Of a DNA stretch of 64,000 nt, positions 21,322-33,529 are shown piece after piece. Position 1 is the stretch's first letter. Every line of letters starts with the position of its first letter. The position numbers were made by a program, and so were the translations under genes. The notes under the pieces were generated by a model. That model was not told where the DNA came from. It saw only the letters and a list, made by a program, of their open reading frames with translations, and did not search any database. Origin of the DNA: Hyphochytrium catenoides (taxonomy: Eukaryota; Protista; Hyphochytriomycota); assembly GCA_900088475.1 (NCBI GenBank), contig FLMG01000823.1, forward strand, positions 1 through 64,000. The letters run 5' to 3'.

Positions 21322-24300
21322 CTATGCTACAACTGGAGCCTCGTGGGCTTCTAGCACAGGCTGCAATTGCCTGTGCTCAGGGAAGAGTTTCAAGAAAAAC
21401 GCATCAATCACAGAAAAGCCCAAATTTTTAACCATCACTTCGCTCTGGAGCATTTCATGCAGCTGATGACAGGGAGAGGAACGGGTGCAAGAAAGGTTAG
21501 ACGGACGCGAGGGAGGAACCAGAGGACAGCGATTAGGGAGGATTGATATCATAGTGATGATGCTTAGCTAGCACATTAAGATATGCAGTGGACTGTAGAG
21601 GGCGGGCGGAACTAAAAGCAGGGAAGGAACTCTCGCGGTGTTGGGGCAGAACCAATATGTTCTTTACCTTGGTAGCTCCTTGGAAGGCTGCGTCATCTCC
21701 TATGAGGGAGATTAGAGGCGTCGGAATAGCTCGCGTTAAGAGCTGAAGTGACTACGGAACAAGGAAGATGCGTTAGGCATCCTAAGGTTCTCCATGCCTT
21801 TCAGGCTCATCTCTCTCCATCTCTTTAAGTCCTGTCACTCTCTTCCCTTGCCAGTTTGCTTCCGGCTGATGGCGCTGGCAATTCTGCTGAACAAATGCTG
21901 GTTAGCCTTTGGTCTATACCCTACCTCCTCCTTGGTCTTCCACTTCTCTTCAGCACTCCTAGCCTTTGTCGGTGTTGGGCCAGCTTGTTCCATTAGCTTT
22001 CCTTCTAAAGGCCAGATCTGCAATCTAACGCTCCGAATAGCACGGCTGACGCGCTCAGAGCTGAGGAGCTTTTGAATAAAGCAGAGGAGCATTTGCAAAA
22101 CCACCATCAGACGGCTATGGAAGGCAAAAAGAGGGAATAGAGATCTGGCGCCAGCATTTGAGCTCAGGTGTCGCATCACATTAGCGAATAGCATATAAAG
22201 CTAAGGGCACCACTGGCCAGGAGGCATTCAAGTAAGACAAGAAGGGAGATCGATTGTCTGGAAAGGCCCCCTTCGGACGGGGGAAGCGGCATTTCGACGG
22301 TTTTTGAAGCTCTCACGCACGCGCTACCTGGGGAAACTGAGTGGAAAGCCATCTATTGATAGATCCGTGAAGCAGGAACTGCACCAGGCTCTGGATTAAC
22401 AGCAACACTTGTCGCCGAACCATGCCTAGCTCTTCCAAGCGAAATATCTCTTTCACTAGAGCGTAGATCTGGGACTCCAGCGACTGAAGAAGATTAAAGA
22501 TGCGAGAAACATCACCCAAAGTAGGTAAGTTCAAGAAAAGAAAAGTTAGGTTCCATTAGCCAACTTGGCGACAGTAGAGACGCTTGGATTAAAGATACCA
22601 CAGAGACCACCGGAGAAACGGGTCAACGAGACAGCATGCGGCAGAACAGTGACTGGTGTAGGCCAAGAGTTCAAGAACTTGACCTGAAGGGATGCATCGG
22701 AGACGATCCAGGCGGATGAAGGCTTCCTCGTGATTTGCGGCTCTCCCTTCTTCCCTAGCCAGACGATGTTTCCTGCAGTGCAGCCTGTTAGCGTTTCTGG
22801 CACCATTTGAGGGAGCCTTGGAAAGACCAAACCAGATCATCAGTGGGGACGTTCTGCTTGGGTACTTTACGATAGGCTTAGGCAGATCAAGTGGAAGGGC
22901 AGATAGATGTAGGGCGACACAGCGGAGGGATAAGTAGACGGGGTAAACCTGGCACGTGCTCGGTTATCATCAGAAAGTCTTGTATCTCCTTCGCAGCTGG
23001 AAGGGTCTTGGCCTGGAGCAGGCTGCAGAGGTAGGAAGATAGGCTGTCGCATAGCGAGGAGAGAGAACTTGTAGAGAGAACTGCCCATCCAGGAACATCC
23101 TACAGCAGACAGGAAAACGAAGAGAGAAGGGACAGACCATGTGCCTTAGCAGTAACTCGACCCATGAGATGTGGCAAGGAAATAGGAGATAGACGAACGC
23201 AGAATAAGGAAGAATGGGATGAAACAACAAGAGAATCAACTCGCTCCCTCTTAGAGGTTCCCTTTAATGGGAAGGTGGAGGCGCACGATACTACATACTG
23301 GTGGTCGCCTAGCATCTCGGATCTCTGCGTAGCGGACGCTGCTGGACGCCGAAGAAGGTGACATGGATAAAGAGGATGAGGATGCCAGCTGTTGTCGTCT
23401 AAGGTTGTCAAGTCTTTCGTGGAGAGCTACAAAATCATTCGCAGTTCGTCGGACTTGCCAAGAGAGGTACTGTCCTTCCCTCTCCTGCCCTGGCGTTGTT
23501 CTCAACTCAGCAAACATCTGTAGGAAACAACCCCGTGCATGAAGTTAGCGGTTAATTCAAACAAGGATCAAGAGTCTAGAGCACGTGCCAGGAACCACGA
23601 ATGTTAGGAAGGGGAAGGTTGAGAGGAAGTTTCTATGAGATAGCAGGGTTACCTGGATCACTATTTGGGGATTGCTGTCGAGGCAAATGCCATCGTAGGT
23701 GGGCGAGTCTATGGCGATTGCTTGCATCTGGATGTGGAAGGGGAGACCTGAGGTTTGTCCCTGGGGTACAAGGTTGTAAGCCGAAGGCATTGAAAGAAGG
23801 AGTGACCCACAGCAAGCGGGCTGCCACTAGAAAGAAGGCTTGGAAAAGGGCTATTCCCTTGGAAGGAAGTAGGGAGCGAAGGAGAGTGTGATAGCTGTCC
23901 AGGAAAATGGTTCTCATACCTGGAACTCTACCATTGTCCGCCCTTCCAGCTCAACTAACGGTTTACCAATCTTTCCGTTTAAAGGCGTATCATGAGATCT
24001 GACATGAGAGGAAGGAGTAAGCTAGAAAAGCTCGTAGAGACCGTCAACGAAAGAAAAAAGCACTAAGAGAAGAAAGCGTGTGAGCCCAAGACGTCTGATC
24101 GGCTTCTGGAATCCTCTTGGGCCTCTTCATCGCTCTCTATCCTCTTTCTCTTCCTTTAGCTCTGACTGGTAGTCAATCAAGCCTACCTTCTTGATTCTGC
24201 CTGATCCGTACGTTTGACAACATTGGCCTCCTTCCTTCTCCTTAACCTCACCCAGCACCTTCTTCTAACGCAGTCATAGCCGCGGTGGGTAGGATGGAAG

Positions 24301-27300
24301 GAGTGGTCGAAGCCCAACGCGTACTCCCAGCCAGACAAGTCTGATAACCGCAGCGGAGTGGGAGAACAGTAGAGCGCAAAGAGATGTAGGTAAGTTCTCG
24401 GTTAACAAATATCCAGGCATGGCTCTTCTCCTTTGTTTCGTGAGTTTAAATGCCACTCTCCTGAGGATCGAGCTTCCATAGGTGAAGGTAAACCTCGTAC
24501 TCGACCTCCTCCATTGTGATTCCTGCTTCCAGCTCTAGCGTTTTCTGTTCCATGCGTCTTCTATTGAATCTATGCACTAGAGCTAGCTTGTTCTCGAATT
24601 TTTACCTTCGGAGGCCAGTCTATGGATGACCACTCTCCAAGGCCCATCCCAGACCCAAAGTGGGGGAAGAACAACGTTCTTCACTTCCCTTTCTTCGCCT
24701 CTACTGTCGGGTCTTTGCACCTTTATCCAGCCCTGCAGAGGTAGATATCTTTCATGCTCATAAACGCGCTCCAAGTAGCTCTCTAATTGAAGGTAAGAGG
24801 AGCGGATTGGGCGCGAAAGTCAATAAATGTGCGAAAGAGATAGAGAAGGTTGCGCGTAGTGGCCAGATTTAGGATGAGGATACTAGGGCACTGATCGTCT
24901 TCAGACTTAGCAAACGATGTACCACCAATCTCTTACCCTCTTCTCCTTGCTCTTGCTGCCTCGCAAGCTCCTGGCGCTCTGGAGTCAGAGGAGAAGCCGG
25001 AGATGGTGACGAAGAGAATTGCAGCTCCAAATGATTTAGCCTGCTGAGTAGCTGCAGCAACTCCCCAACCGCAAGCTCGTTTCTGAGAAGTGCTTCCGCG
25101 GTGTAGAAATCTCTTGTGACCTCCTTAGAAATAGAGAAAGCTGCGGCGAGGTACATGAGACGGTAATGAAGCAGTAAACGGGAGAACAATAGAAGGAAGA
25201 CCTTTGAAGACAAGAGCCACAGAGCAGAGAAGCACCGAAAGAAAGAGAAAGCGGGTGAAGAGGTATGGGAGATACAAACGACAACTAAACGGACGCTACG
25301 AACGCCAGGCAGGCACTTCTTATACGTTGCTACCCACTAACCGTTAAAGAACTCCCAGAGATCGCCCTCTTCTAGACAGGAAAGAATCCACCGGCCACCC
25401 TCTGGACTGTTAGCCCAATCAAGGGTTGGAAGTTCATCGCACTCTAGCGAGAGGATACTGCCAAATTGAAAAATGCAGAAGTCAGATTTCGAAGCAGAGT
25501 GGACCAAGAGCATGCGAAGCAGATGTAGCACTAACAGAGGTTGTTAAAGGAAGGGAAGACTGGCCTCACCGCTGGCCAATGAATGGTGCGAAAATCCTAC
25601 TCTCGCAGACGTATGACCAGTACGAGGGACGATCTTCAGCCTTTTCTAACGGCTGCTCCCCGCTTTCTCCAATCTTTTCATCTTTCTGCTCCGGAGACTC
25701 TTGAGGATATTCCGCATCTTCCTCGGGACCTTGGTTTGCTCGTTTTGCTCTGTTCTCTCTCATCCCGTGTAATAGAATTTTCTCTAGCGCAACCACAAAG
25801 CTCTGCACCTCCGCAGCATCTACTGGCAACTATGTGCGTGGCATACAGACAGACAGTCAGTTTAACATAAAGTTCTTGAACAAATTGGTAGCTCTCTGGC
25901 TTAGAAGATATTGTGTCGAATAGCGGGCCGGCAAAATTCAGGACTAGCAGAAGTTATACACGAACAGCAGGAACAGAGCGCAAGGTAAGTGCTGAAGAGA
26001 GAGCTTCTGACTTTGCAATCCGTAGGTAGCTGTCGGCAAAGTCTAAGAAGATTCTCCTGTGCGATGCCGAGGTGAAGTAGGAACTCATGATACTTATCCT
26101 CTGTGAATAGAGAAAGTGACATGGTAGCAGGTGGCGACCAGAGGTCCAGACGGGATTGATTCCCTACGATAGTAGGCGAACTAGATCTCGCCTAGAGTAC
26201 GAGAGTCATAGGGAGGAACGAAGGAAGGAGAAGGAAGGTGATTCTGTCAATAGCTGCTGAAAATGGAAGAAGTCTGGCAGTGGGATAGATTGCGTTGAGT
26301 CATGCCATTGCTAGACATAGAGACGGACGGAGTGGAGGGCTAGAGCTTACGACTCTGAAGTAGCAGTTCGCAGCGAAAACAACCGAGAGAAGTAGAGTAA
26401 CCATAACTGCAAGGGAGAGATTGTCAAAGAGTGGGAACTCGGTGGGCGGAGTTCTCAAGCGACGGTGGGAGAGCTTGCTTAAGCCTGACCTTCTCTTGGG
26501 AAATCGCTCTTCTGAGTTTGTTGGGAGCGTCAAGAATCTTACTCTTCATGTTACGGACGCCTCGTGCGCTTTCCCCTCTCACCAGTCTCAATAGCTGTGC
26601 CCCGGATTTGGCTGAAAGCTGTGGACTGAGACTGCTGAATGATGGACTGGAGTTGTGAAAGGTAACCGCATCAGAGCAGTGAGGAGTCATGAAGGGTAGG
26701 CAACCCAGAGAGGGAGCAAGACTACCAGAGGGAATACGAGGGAAGGTCCAAAGACGGCCAGCAGAAGAGACTAAAGACGGTTGCCCTGGTCTCTTTAGTA
26801 GCACGGAAATTGATTAGCAGCGTAGAAGACAAACATCGGTAGTGCACAGGTAGGCTTATGAAGGGCCAAGAAAAAGAGAGATTCACCTTATACTGCCGTC
26901 AAGATAAGGGATCTTAACCTTAGACTTTTTGGCCTTGACATCAGATATTTGTCCTGGCAGACGTGGAGGGTAAGCATGCTTCAGATCTAATGCTTTCCTT
27001 CTATATCACATTACTTTGGCTCCGAATGCCATGTTCTTCCGTCTCTTCTCTCTCAACTAACAACCATCTACCCATAGGTTCTCTATAGTTACTTTTGCGG
27101 ACGGACTAGCGACGCTCTTACCGCTAGCGTTTTGTCCAGATTGAAGAAACTCACGCAGAGAGACTGCCTGTACGGTCTCGCAGAGAGAGGTCATCTGTAA
27201 CAGAAGGAGAAGTTCTGTTAGACCCTAGAGAGCAAGGGATAACTTGGACGAGAGAAAATCCAAGATAGATTTAGCGAGGAAGATAGCGACCGAATGACTG

Positions 27301-29081
27301 TTGAAGAGCAATGTGACGGATCTTCCCTCAAAGAGTGGAGGGGAGGGCGGCCACTCGCTTGCAAATAGCATTCTAAAGAAGTTTGAAAAGAGGCATTGGT
27401 CACCTGTTCCTCAAGCAATGCAGGTGCGCCTGGAACCCGAGAGTAAGTGTCCGAAGTCGGAGGAGACGGACTGGAAGCAATTCTCACTTCCTCATTACTC
27501 GGTAGCATCAGCTTCTGCTCTATTGCTTCTCTCTCCAGTGACGGAAGAAGGGAAGCAGAGGGTAGTGTGGACGCAGGTGTCTCTTTCAAAGAAGAAACAA
27601 CCAGCTGATTAAGGAAATCTGGCTCCCACAGAGCCATCAGAGGCTGGAGGACGGAGCAAGAAAGAACTTCTGTCCCAAGCCGTAGGGTGCCAGACATCAG
27701 AAGAGAGCTTGATATAGGAGTAGCCTGACAAGAAGGGTCGCTGGATCCTTCATTGCTTCTGCCTAACCCCAAGAGAGAGAGAAGAAGGAGAGAAGAAAGC
27801 CTTCTTAGGTAATCCCTCTCTTCGGCTAAAGCAGGATGAAGACAGCCTTGTTTCCTCAGGGCATCTTTGAGGAGATGGTCGCAATGATCTATCCTTCTCC
27901 CCTCTCCATCTAGTCCTTGTCTTTCCATTCCAGCGAGATAATGGACATGAGAAATATGAAGTCGAAGGAGTTCACCAATCTCTTCTAATAGTGACACGAT
28001 GAAGCCACCGTCTATCTTTCGCAAGCGCACAGAGAGCTCTCCCAGGATATGCACCAGGACTCTCTTGGTGTCATCAGGGAACTCTTTGTCGTCGGTCAAC
28101 CCTATTCAGAAGAAGCATGAGAAGAGAGACTTTGGACTGAAGAGAGTCACGTAACGGCAAGACCAAGATGCCGTGCAGTGGCAGCTTGCCTGATTTCTTA
28201 CCTTGATACCACGTCTCGATGAACTGGCTGATAATTTGATTAACAAGCTCGCCTGAGTAACAGCGAAGTAAGAAAGACGGGCCGACTTTTGGCTGCCAGT
28301 GGCAACAGGAGAAAGAGAGCAAGAAAGACAGAAAAGGGAAATGAGAAGTACGGGACGGGAGCAGAGGCTACGAACCTAACTCGTGAGCCACATCGGGACT
28401 CAGATCCCAGTCTTTAACTAGAGCTTCAGCTGGAGAGAACCTCCGCAAAGACTTTTCTCCATCAGAAAGACCAGCAAGGAGCGAATGCAGTTCCAAAATC
28501 GACCTCCTCAGTCTCTTTCGACCTGTGGAGTCCCGGGTGGATGCTAATGGCTGCTGCCGATGGCGGAGACTGTTGGAGTGCTTCTCTAGCCATCCCAAGA
28601 CAAAAGCGGTGACGCCAAGGTAGGCGATGAGCTGGACTGCCTGTCGGGCAAGGTGTACGATAGCCTGGGTTGAAATTTAAGAAGGTGGACGTCAGAGGAG
28701 CCGAAGTCTGCTGCTATACTACTTCTTTTCCGTCTCTCTTTGGTTTCTGCAGAGGTAGACATCAGTCTCTTAGCCTTTACATCTCCTTCTCTTGCTGCGC
28801 CTTCTGATGTATAGTGGTGTTCGGAGAGCCACATGGCCTTTTATTAAGGCTTCCAGCGCTGATGACGTAAGCCATGCCTTACGCTCAGGGGTGATAACCC
28901 TACCCCTTCATCTCTTCCCTCTTCCCTAGTCATGTCTTACCTGCCAGAAAGCCTGTAAGATGCCTACGTGGAGCGCCAACACTAGGGCCACTAAGCTGCA
29001 AGTGAGCAGTCGAGACCGTGAAGCGGCTTCCTCTCCCGCCATATACCTAAGCACAGTTGCACCTATGCTTGGTCTGGACAT
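21322..29081 (-). CDS. Multi-exon SNX13/14/19-type sorting nexin: N-terminal TM, PXA, RUN, DysF/Pex23-like, PX, Nexin_C (5' end approximate)
   Basis: PXA: IISQFIETWY, DDKEFP, HPAL..ERDYLRRL, EVLSCSVLQP, PDFLNQ. RUN: ALEKILLHG, YWSYV, GRWILSCL, FYTAEALL. DysF-like: VYEHERYLPLQGW, LPPLWVWDGPW. PX: WQVRRTANDFVALHERL. Nexin_C: LVKEIFRL, QIWP, LQSEVMVKNL. Confidence 0.8.
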
Positions 29082-30574
29082 TGGGCAGCAGGAAGGGAGA
29101 GCCCCACGGTCGATTTCAGAAGGGACTGGGCTAATAGAGATAGTAGAGCGCGGCCATCAGCTCTAGACTGCAGGCGTGATCGTCCCTTCTAGAGCAACAT
29201 TCCGGAGGCATGTGCATCCTTCCATCTATCCTGCCCCCGCAATCAGAGTGCCTCTGACGAGCAGGCGACAGGTCTGGACCCCCAAGAGCCAGCCAAACTC
29301 TGCAATTCGAGCCTGGGGCAAATAGCAGGGACAGAAAGGGGACGGTTGACCGGCTGGAGCTCCCCGCGCTTTTATCTACGCTGCATCCTCTCCTCTTCTC
29401 TCGCTCACCTGCTGCTAACCGCACCGCTTCAGACTTCAGGGCTTTGGCCTCGTGGGATCAGACTTCCAACCAACCTCTTAGCCCGTATACAGACCTACCC
29501 CTGGAGCAGTGATGTAACGACCGGCCTTTCCTCTCTTCCTGTCTCTTACATGTCCTACGAGGCACGGACGGAGTGAGAGAGCGCCTGAGAGGGCCTTACA
29601 GATGCGAGAGATTGCGTATGAAGCCTGGCGTAGAGGCGATATGTTCTCTAGCCCCCATAGGGAGGAAGACAATCAGTCGCCGCAAGTGCACACAGAGACC
29701 ACGCTCCTAGAAAGAGTGATAATGGGGTGGAACAAATCTCTTCCTGGTGCTTCCTACTGAGTGAGGCCTGTGTGTCAAGGCGACAGTAGCTGGCCGCGGT
29801 GGGTTATCCATTTTGTCAGACTGCGCACATCCACCGTTCACCTCTACGCCATCGTCCATTGTTGGTCTTGGCTTTAGATGACATTAGCTTGATGAACGCT
29901 ATCGCCGTTGTTGTTTCCTGAATTTGGGGTAACATTTGACATTGTCATGCTTAGACTGATAGTTCTCAACAGTACTACTACTAGTATGGCCAGCAGCTCA
30001 CCACATTTCTCTTGCTACGAAGTGCTGAAAGCAACTTCTCAGTAGCAGTTCGGAATGAGAGGCGAGGAGAAGGTGCCGTCGGGACGAGTGAGTTTGAGCG
30101 AAGTCGTACTAGAGATACGTCTTGGACAAGACATTACACTGCCTTTGAGGCTTAGACATAGAAGTTCCATCCAAGCAGACAACTAGATTTCGGTAAAAAC
30201 AGTTCAGTCTGTGCCTATCTATGGTCTGTTCGCGCCATAACTAGCTGGATCTGTCTGTCATGCCCCACGGCTCTGCAACTCTAGCGGAGTCAATGGCTCT
30301 TAGTGTCGAGCGAGGCACACGATGCAGCACACGTCTAAGCAAAATGTCAGTTCGTTGCAACGGCAGCACTAGAGGCAGCTGGTCTTACCAGGGTTCTGAA
30401 AAAAAACTTAATGAACCGCGCATCGCCTCCCGACATTAGCAGTAAAAGTAGGGAGAAGATAGGGTCATTTTGAACAGGAGTGTGATCCCCTTGGGCGTTG
30501 CGCCTTGTGATTGCGAGCGGCATTAGAGAGTTGAATAGAGAATGGGGCCGGAGGCCGCAGAATGTTGTCCTGGT

Positions 30575-32715
30575 CTAGCTGTCTGGATTTTTGAAGAAGC
30601 TGCGGATCAACGGCTTCGTAGAGGTCATTGAATCCACCAGCTTGATCAGCTGAAAAGCTAAATTTCTTTCCCTATCTTCCTGCTCCGATCTCTCCTCCCT
30701 CTGTAAGATAGCTGGTCGTTTCTCCGGCCAAACCGTGTTCAGGAAGTTCACAGCGACTTTGGCAAACTTCGAGTGCACAAAAGAGCTGTACGAGGACTCC
30801 TCGCTGCGTGACTGGGAGACGGCGTGTTGATCGCTTCGCCTACAGCAAAACCCGCAAAATAATGGAGTGCGACAAGGGTCATTCTCTCATTTGCCTAACT
30901 AGTCAGGTCGCTGGTCTACGTCACTTTCATAGTCCTCAACCGCCACCAAAGCTGCCAGCGCCCTTGCCATCTCCTATATCGAGTGCTGACCTGATGGCAA
31001 GTTCCTTGTCCGCCATAAGGTAATGTCTCGCCACGGCAAGAGATTCTTCTGTGGTTTGGAAAGTGAGCCCTCCTGCCTTCTCTCCTTCACCATCCGTGGT
31101 GGAAGGCAAAATGGCTTGTAAAAGCTCGGAGCGATAAATAGCGGCCTCCTAGTGACCAGTACCCGCAAGTGAGGATACAGGGCGATTGATCGGACACAAT
31201 GATCAGGCAATAGCCAGATATGAATCAGAACACTGCACAGACCTCGTCAGGATAAGGAGGTGGATCTAACCCTTGAAGACAGTTGACAGAGTGATCCAGT
31301 TCATTTACCATCTGCAATAACTGCACAAGTGGCGCGTTGTAAGTAGAGGAAAAAAATCCTAGGCACATTGGGCGAAGAGGAGATGTGGACAAAGGCGGAA
31401 TAAGATACCCGTACAGATGACCGAAAGATGACAAGCAGAGCTGAAAAGGCTTGGACTTGGTCTAGAGATAGTCAGGAGCACGATGTCAACAAGAAGAGAG
31501 ATGAGGAGCTACGTAGTCTTGCACTAGCGCAATTCTCACTTTTCGCACCTTGTTCATCTTGTACCAGCCGGAAAAGCACTCCTCTAAATTATCAGATGAC
31601 AGAGAGAGGACGATCTGAGGATTATCCTCACTTATGTCTCGTTTCACTGCGGCCCGCAGCTTTCCGTAAGCTGATATTAGGGCTCCCAGTTGGCTGCTAC
31701 TTACTGCCCCTTGCCGTTTCCCTTTAGCCGCGCGAAGAGTGGTGAGAAAGAGGTCCTTCTTTCGAACTCCGATAGGGGAAAAAGAGCGTGAAGGGGCCGA
31801 TTTGCCGGCAGCCCTCGACCCGGAGAGTTCGCCTATCTCCGACTGCAGTCTTAGCACTTCTTCCCTAAGCTTGCGATAACGGTCGGGCAACCTAAGTGGA
31901 GGGGTAGGCTGAACCTTGATTTCCTCTATCTCCTCCTTGGTAAGGACGATTGGTTCAGGAAGTGATGGTGGAGGTGCAGAACGAGGAGGAGAGTAAGCTT
32001 GAACGTTCTTCTGTTGTTGGCCTTTATAGTCTGGAGCCGTACTACTGGATGCAAGAGCCTCATCAAGTTTCCTCCTTGCTTTAGAGCCTGCAGACGTGGC
32101 TGTCGCCATTGGCTTTCCTCGCTCGTCCTTTCTATCTTTCCCCTCAGCACTTGCTTTCGAAGGTAGGCCCCTGCTTGGCGGCTGTCGTGATGCTTTTTTG
32201 ATGGTACTGACGGGACCAGGAGAAGGTTTCCTTGGTCCAACCGCCTGAGACTTGGATTTTGCTTGACGTGTCGCTATTTTCTTTGTTTGCTTTGAGGCTA
32301 AAGATGGGTCAGTAAGAGGCCTCTTCTCAGTCTCTTCTTTTGTTTCTGCCTTACTCTCCTCGACGCTGTGGCGCACCCGTTTTGCCTTGAGGAGCAGGGC
32401 CTCCAATGACCTCTCCAAGTCATTCACGGGGCCCTTATCGTCAGCGGAGGAGATAGGAGGGGGAGTCGACAGAGAGGATGCAGCATGAACCACGACTTCC
32501 TTTTGCTGGGCAGCTTCTTTCTTCTGTGCTATCAACCTGTCAATCCTTTGCTGTATGATGAGTGATTTTCGGTTGCCATAGAGGTCAACCAGATCCCTCA
32601 GACCTTGTACTTCTTCTTCGAGGAGGGCACACCGAAACTGTGCTTCGCTATTGCAATAATACAGCTCAGAGAGAAGCTGTGCTATAGCCCTCTCTGCGAC
32701 GTTCTCCTGCGCCAT
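30575..32715 (-). CDS. Multi-exon coiled-coil/low-complexity protein, possibly TEDC2 (tubulin epsilon-delta complex 2)-like
   Basis: Long first coding exon (409-aa ORF 31486..32715) with an N-terminal helix, an LEALLLKAKRVR motif and a Pro/Lys-rich linker; further exons near 31240-31330, 31020-31110 and 30575-30805. The family call is tentative. Confidence 0.6.
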
Positions 32716-33529
32716 CGTTGCATCCTATCTGTAGCTCAGCGAATAAAAAATGGTGCCTGAGCCCACTGCTCTCTTCTTAGCAGTAGTGGAACCATTTTGA
32801 TCCTTTAACAGCATTGTTGACCGACCGCCCAGTAGCGTGAAACAAAGCACAATTGATCTCCTCTTCAGATGGGCTTGACGTTGCTTACCTATGGTTCTAC
32901 AAGCGGCCACGGGCTGCGATTGAAGTGAGACAGCAAGAGCAGTGCCAAATCGCGCTGCGCCAGTGCTGAAGATGCCCTTATATTTAAGAGGATGGACGTC
33001 TGACAGACACACCACACCGACTGTACGAGTAGCTCTTCAAACGCCTTCCCTGGGGGGCATCTGAGTAAGATCAATGATCAAAATCGGAAACAACGTTTAG
33101 TTACTGATAACCGGAGAATGCCTTATCTGGTGATATCGCTTTGTTGATATTTTGAAAGGCTGCAAGGTAATGAAATTGCGCTTCGGAGCTTCGGATCTCG
33201 CCTTCATCTTCAAAGCTCGGCCCAGTGTCAGCATCATCATCATTCGCTGGCACTCGGTCGCCGCCTTCTTCTGCAATGCAGCTAATAATAGCCGCGCAGA
33301 TTGGGAAGCGCAAACTAGATGGAACGAGGAGCCGTAGAGAGCTCTCCCTCAATCGGGCTTAGGAGGTGATGCCGGGGTAAGTCTAAGCTAGTTAAGTTCG
33401 CTGAAGCCTTCACAGAAGGACGTATTTAGAAGAGGTAGCCGTGGAGCATTTGACGTTGAACGTTACTATGCTTCGGTAAAACACACGAAGGTTAACGCAT
33501 CGAGAGATAGGGAGGCCTTAGCTCCTCCC

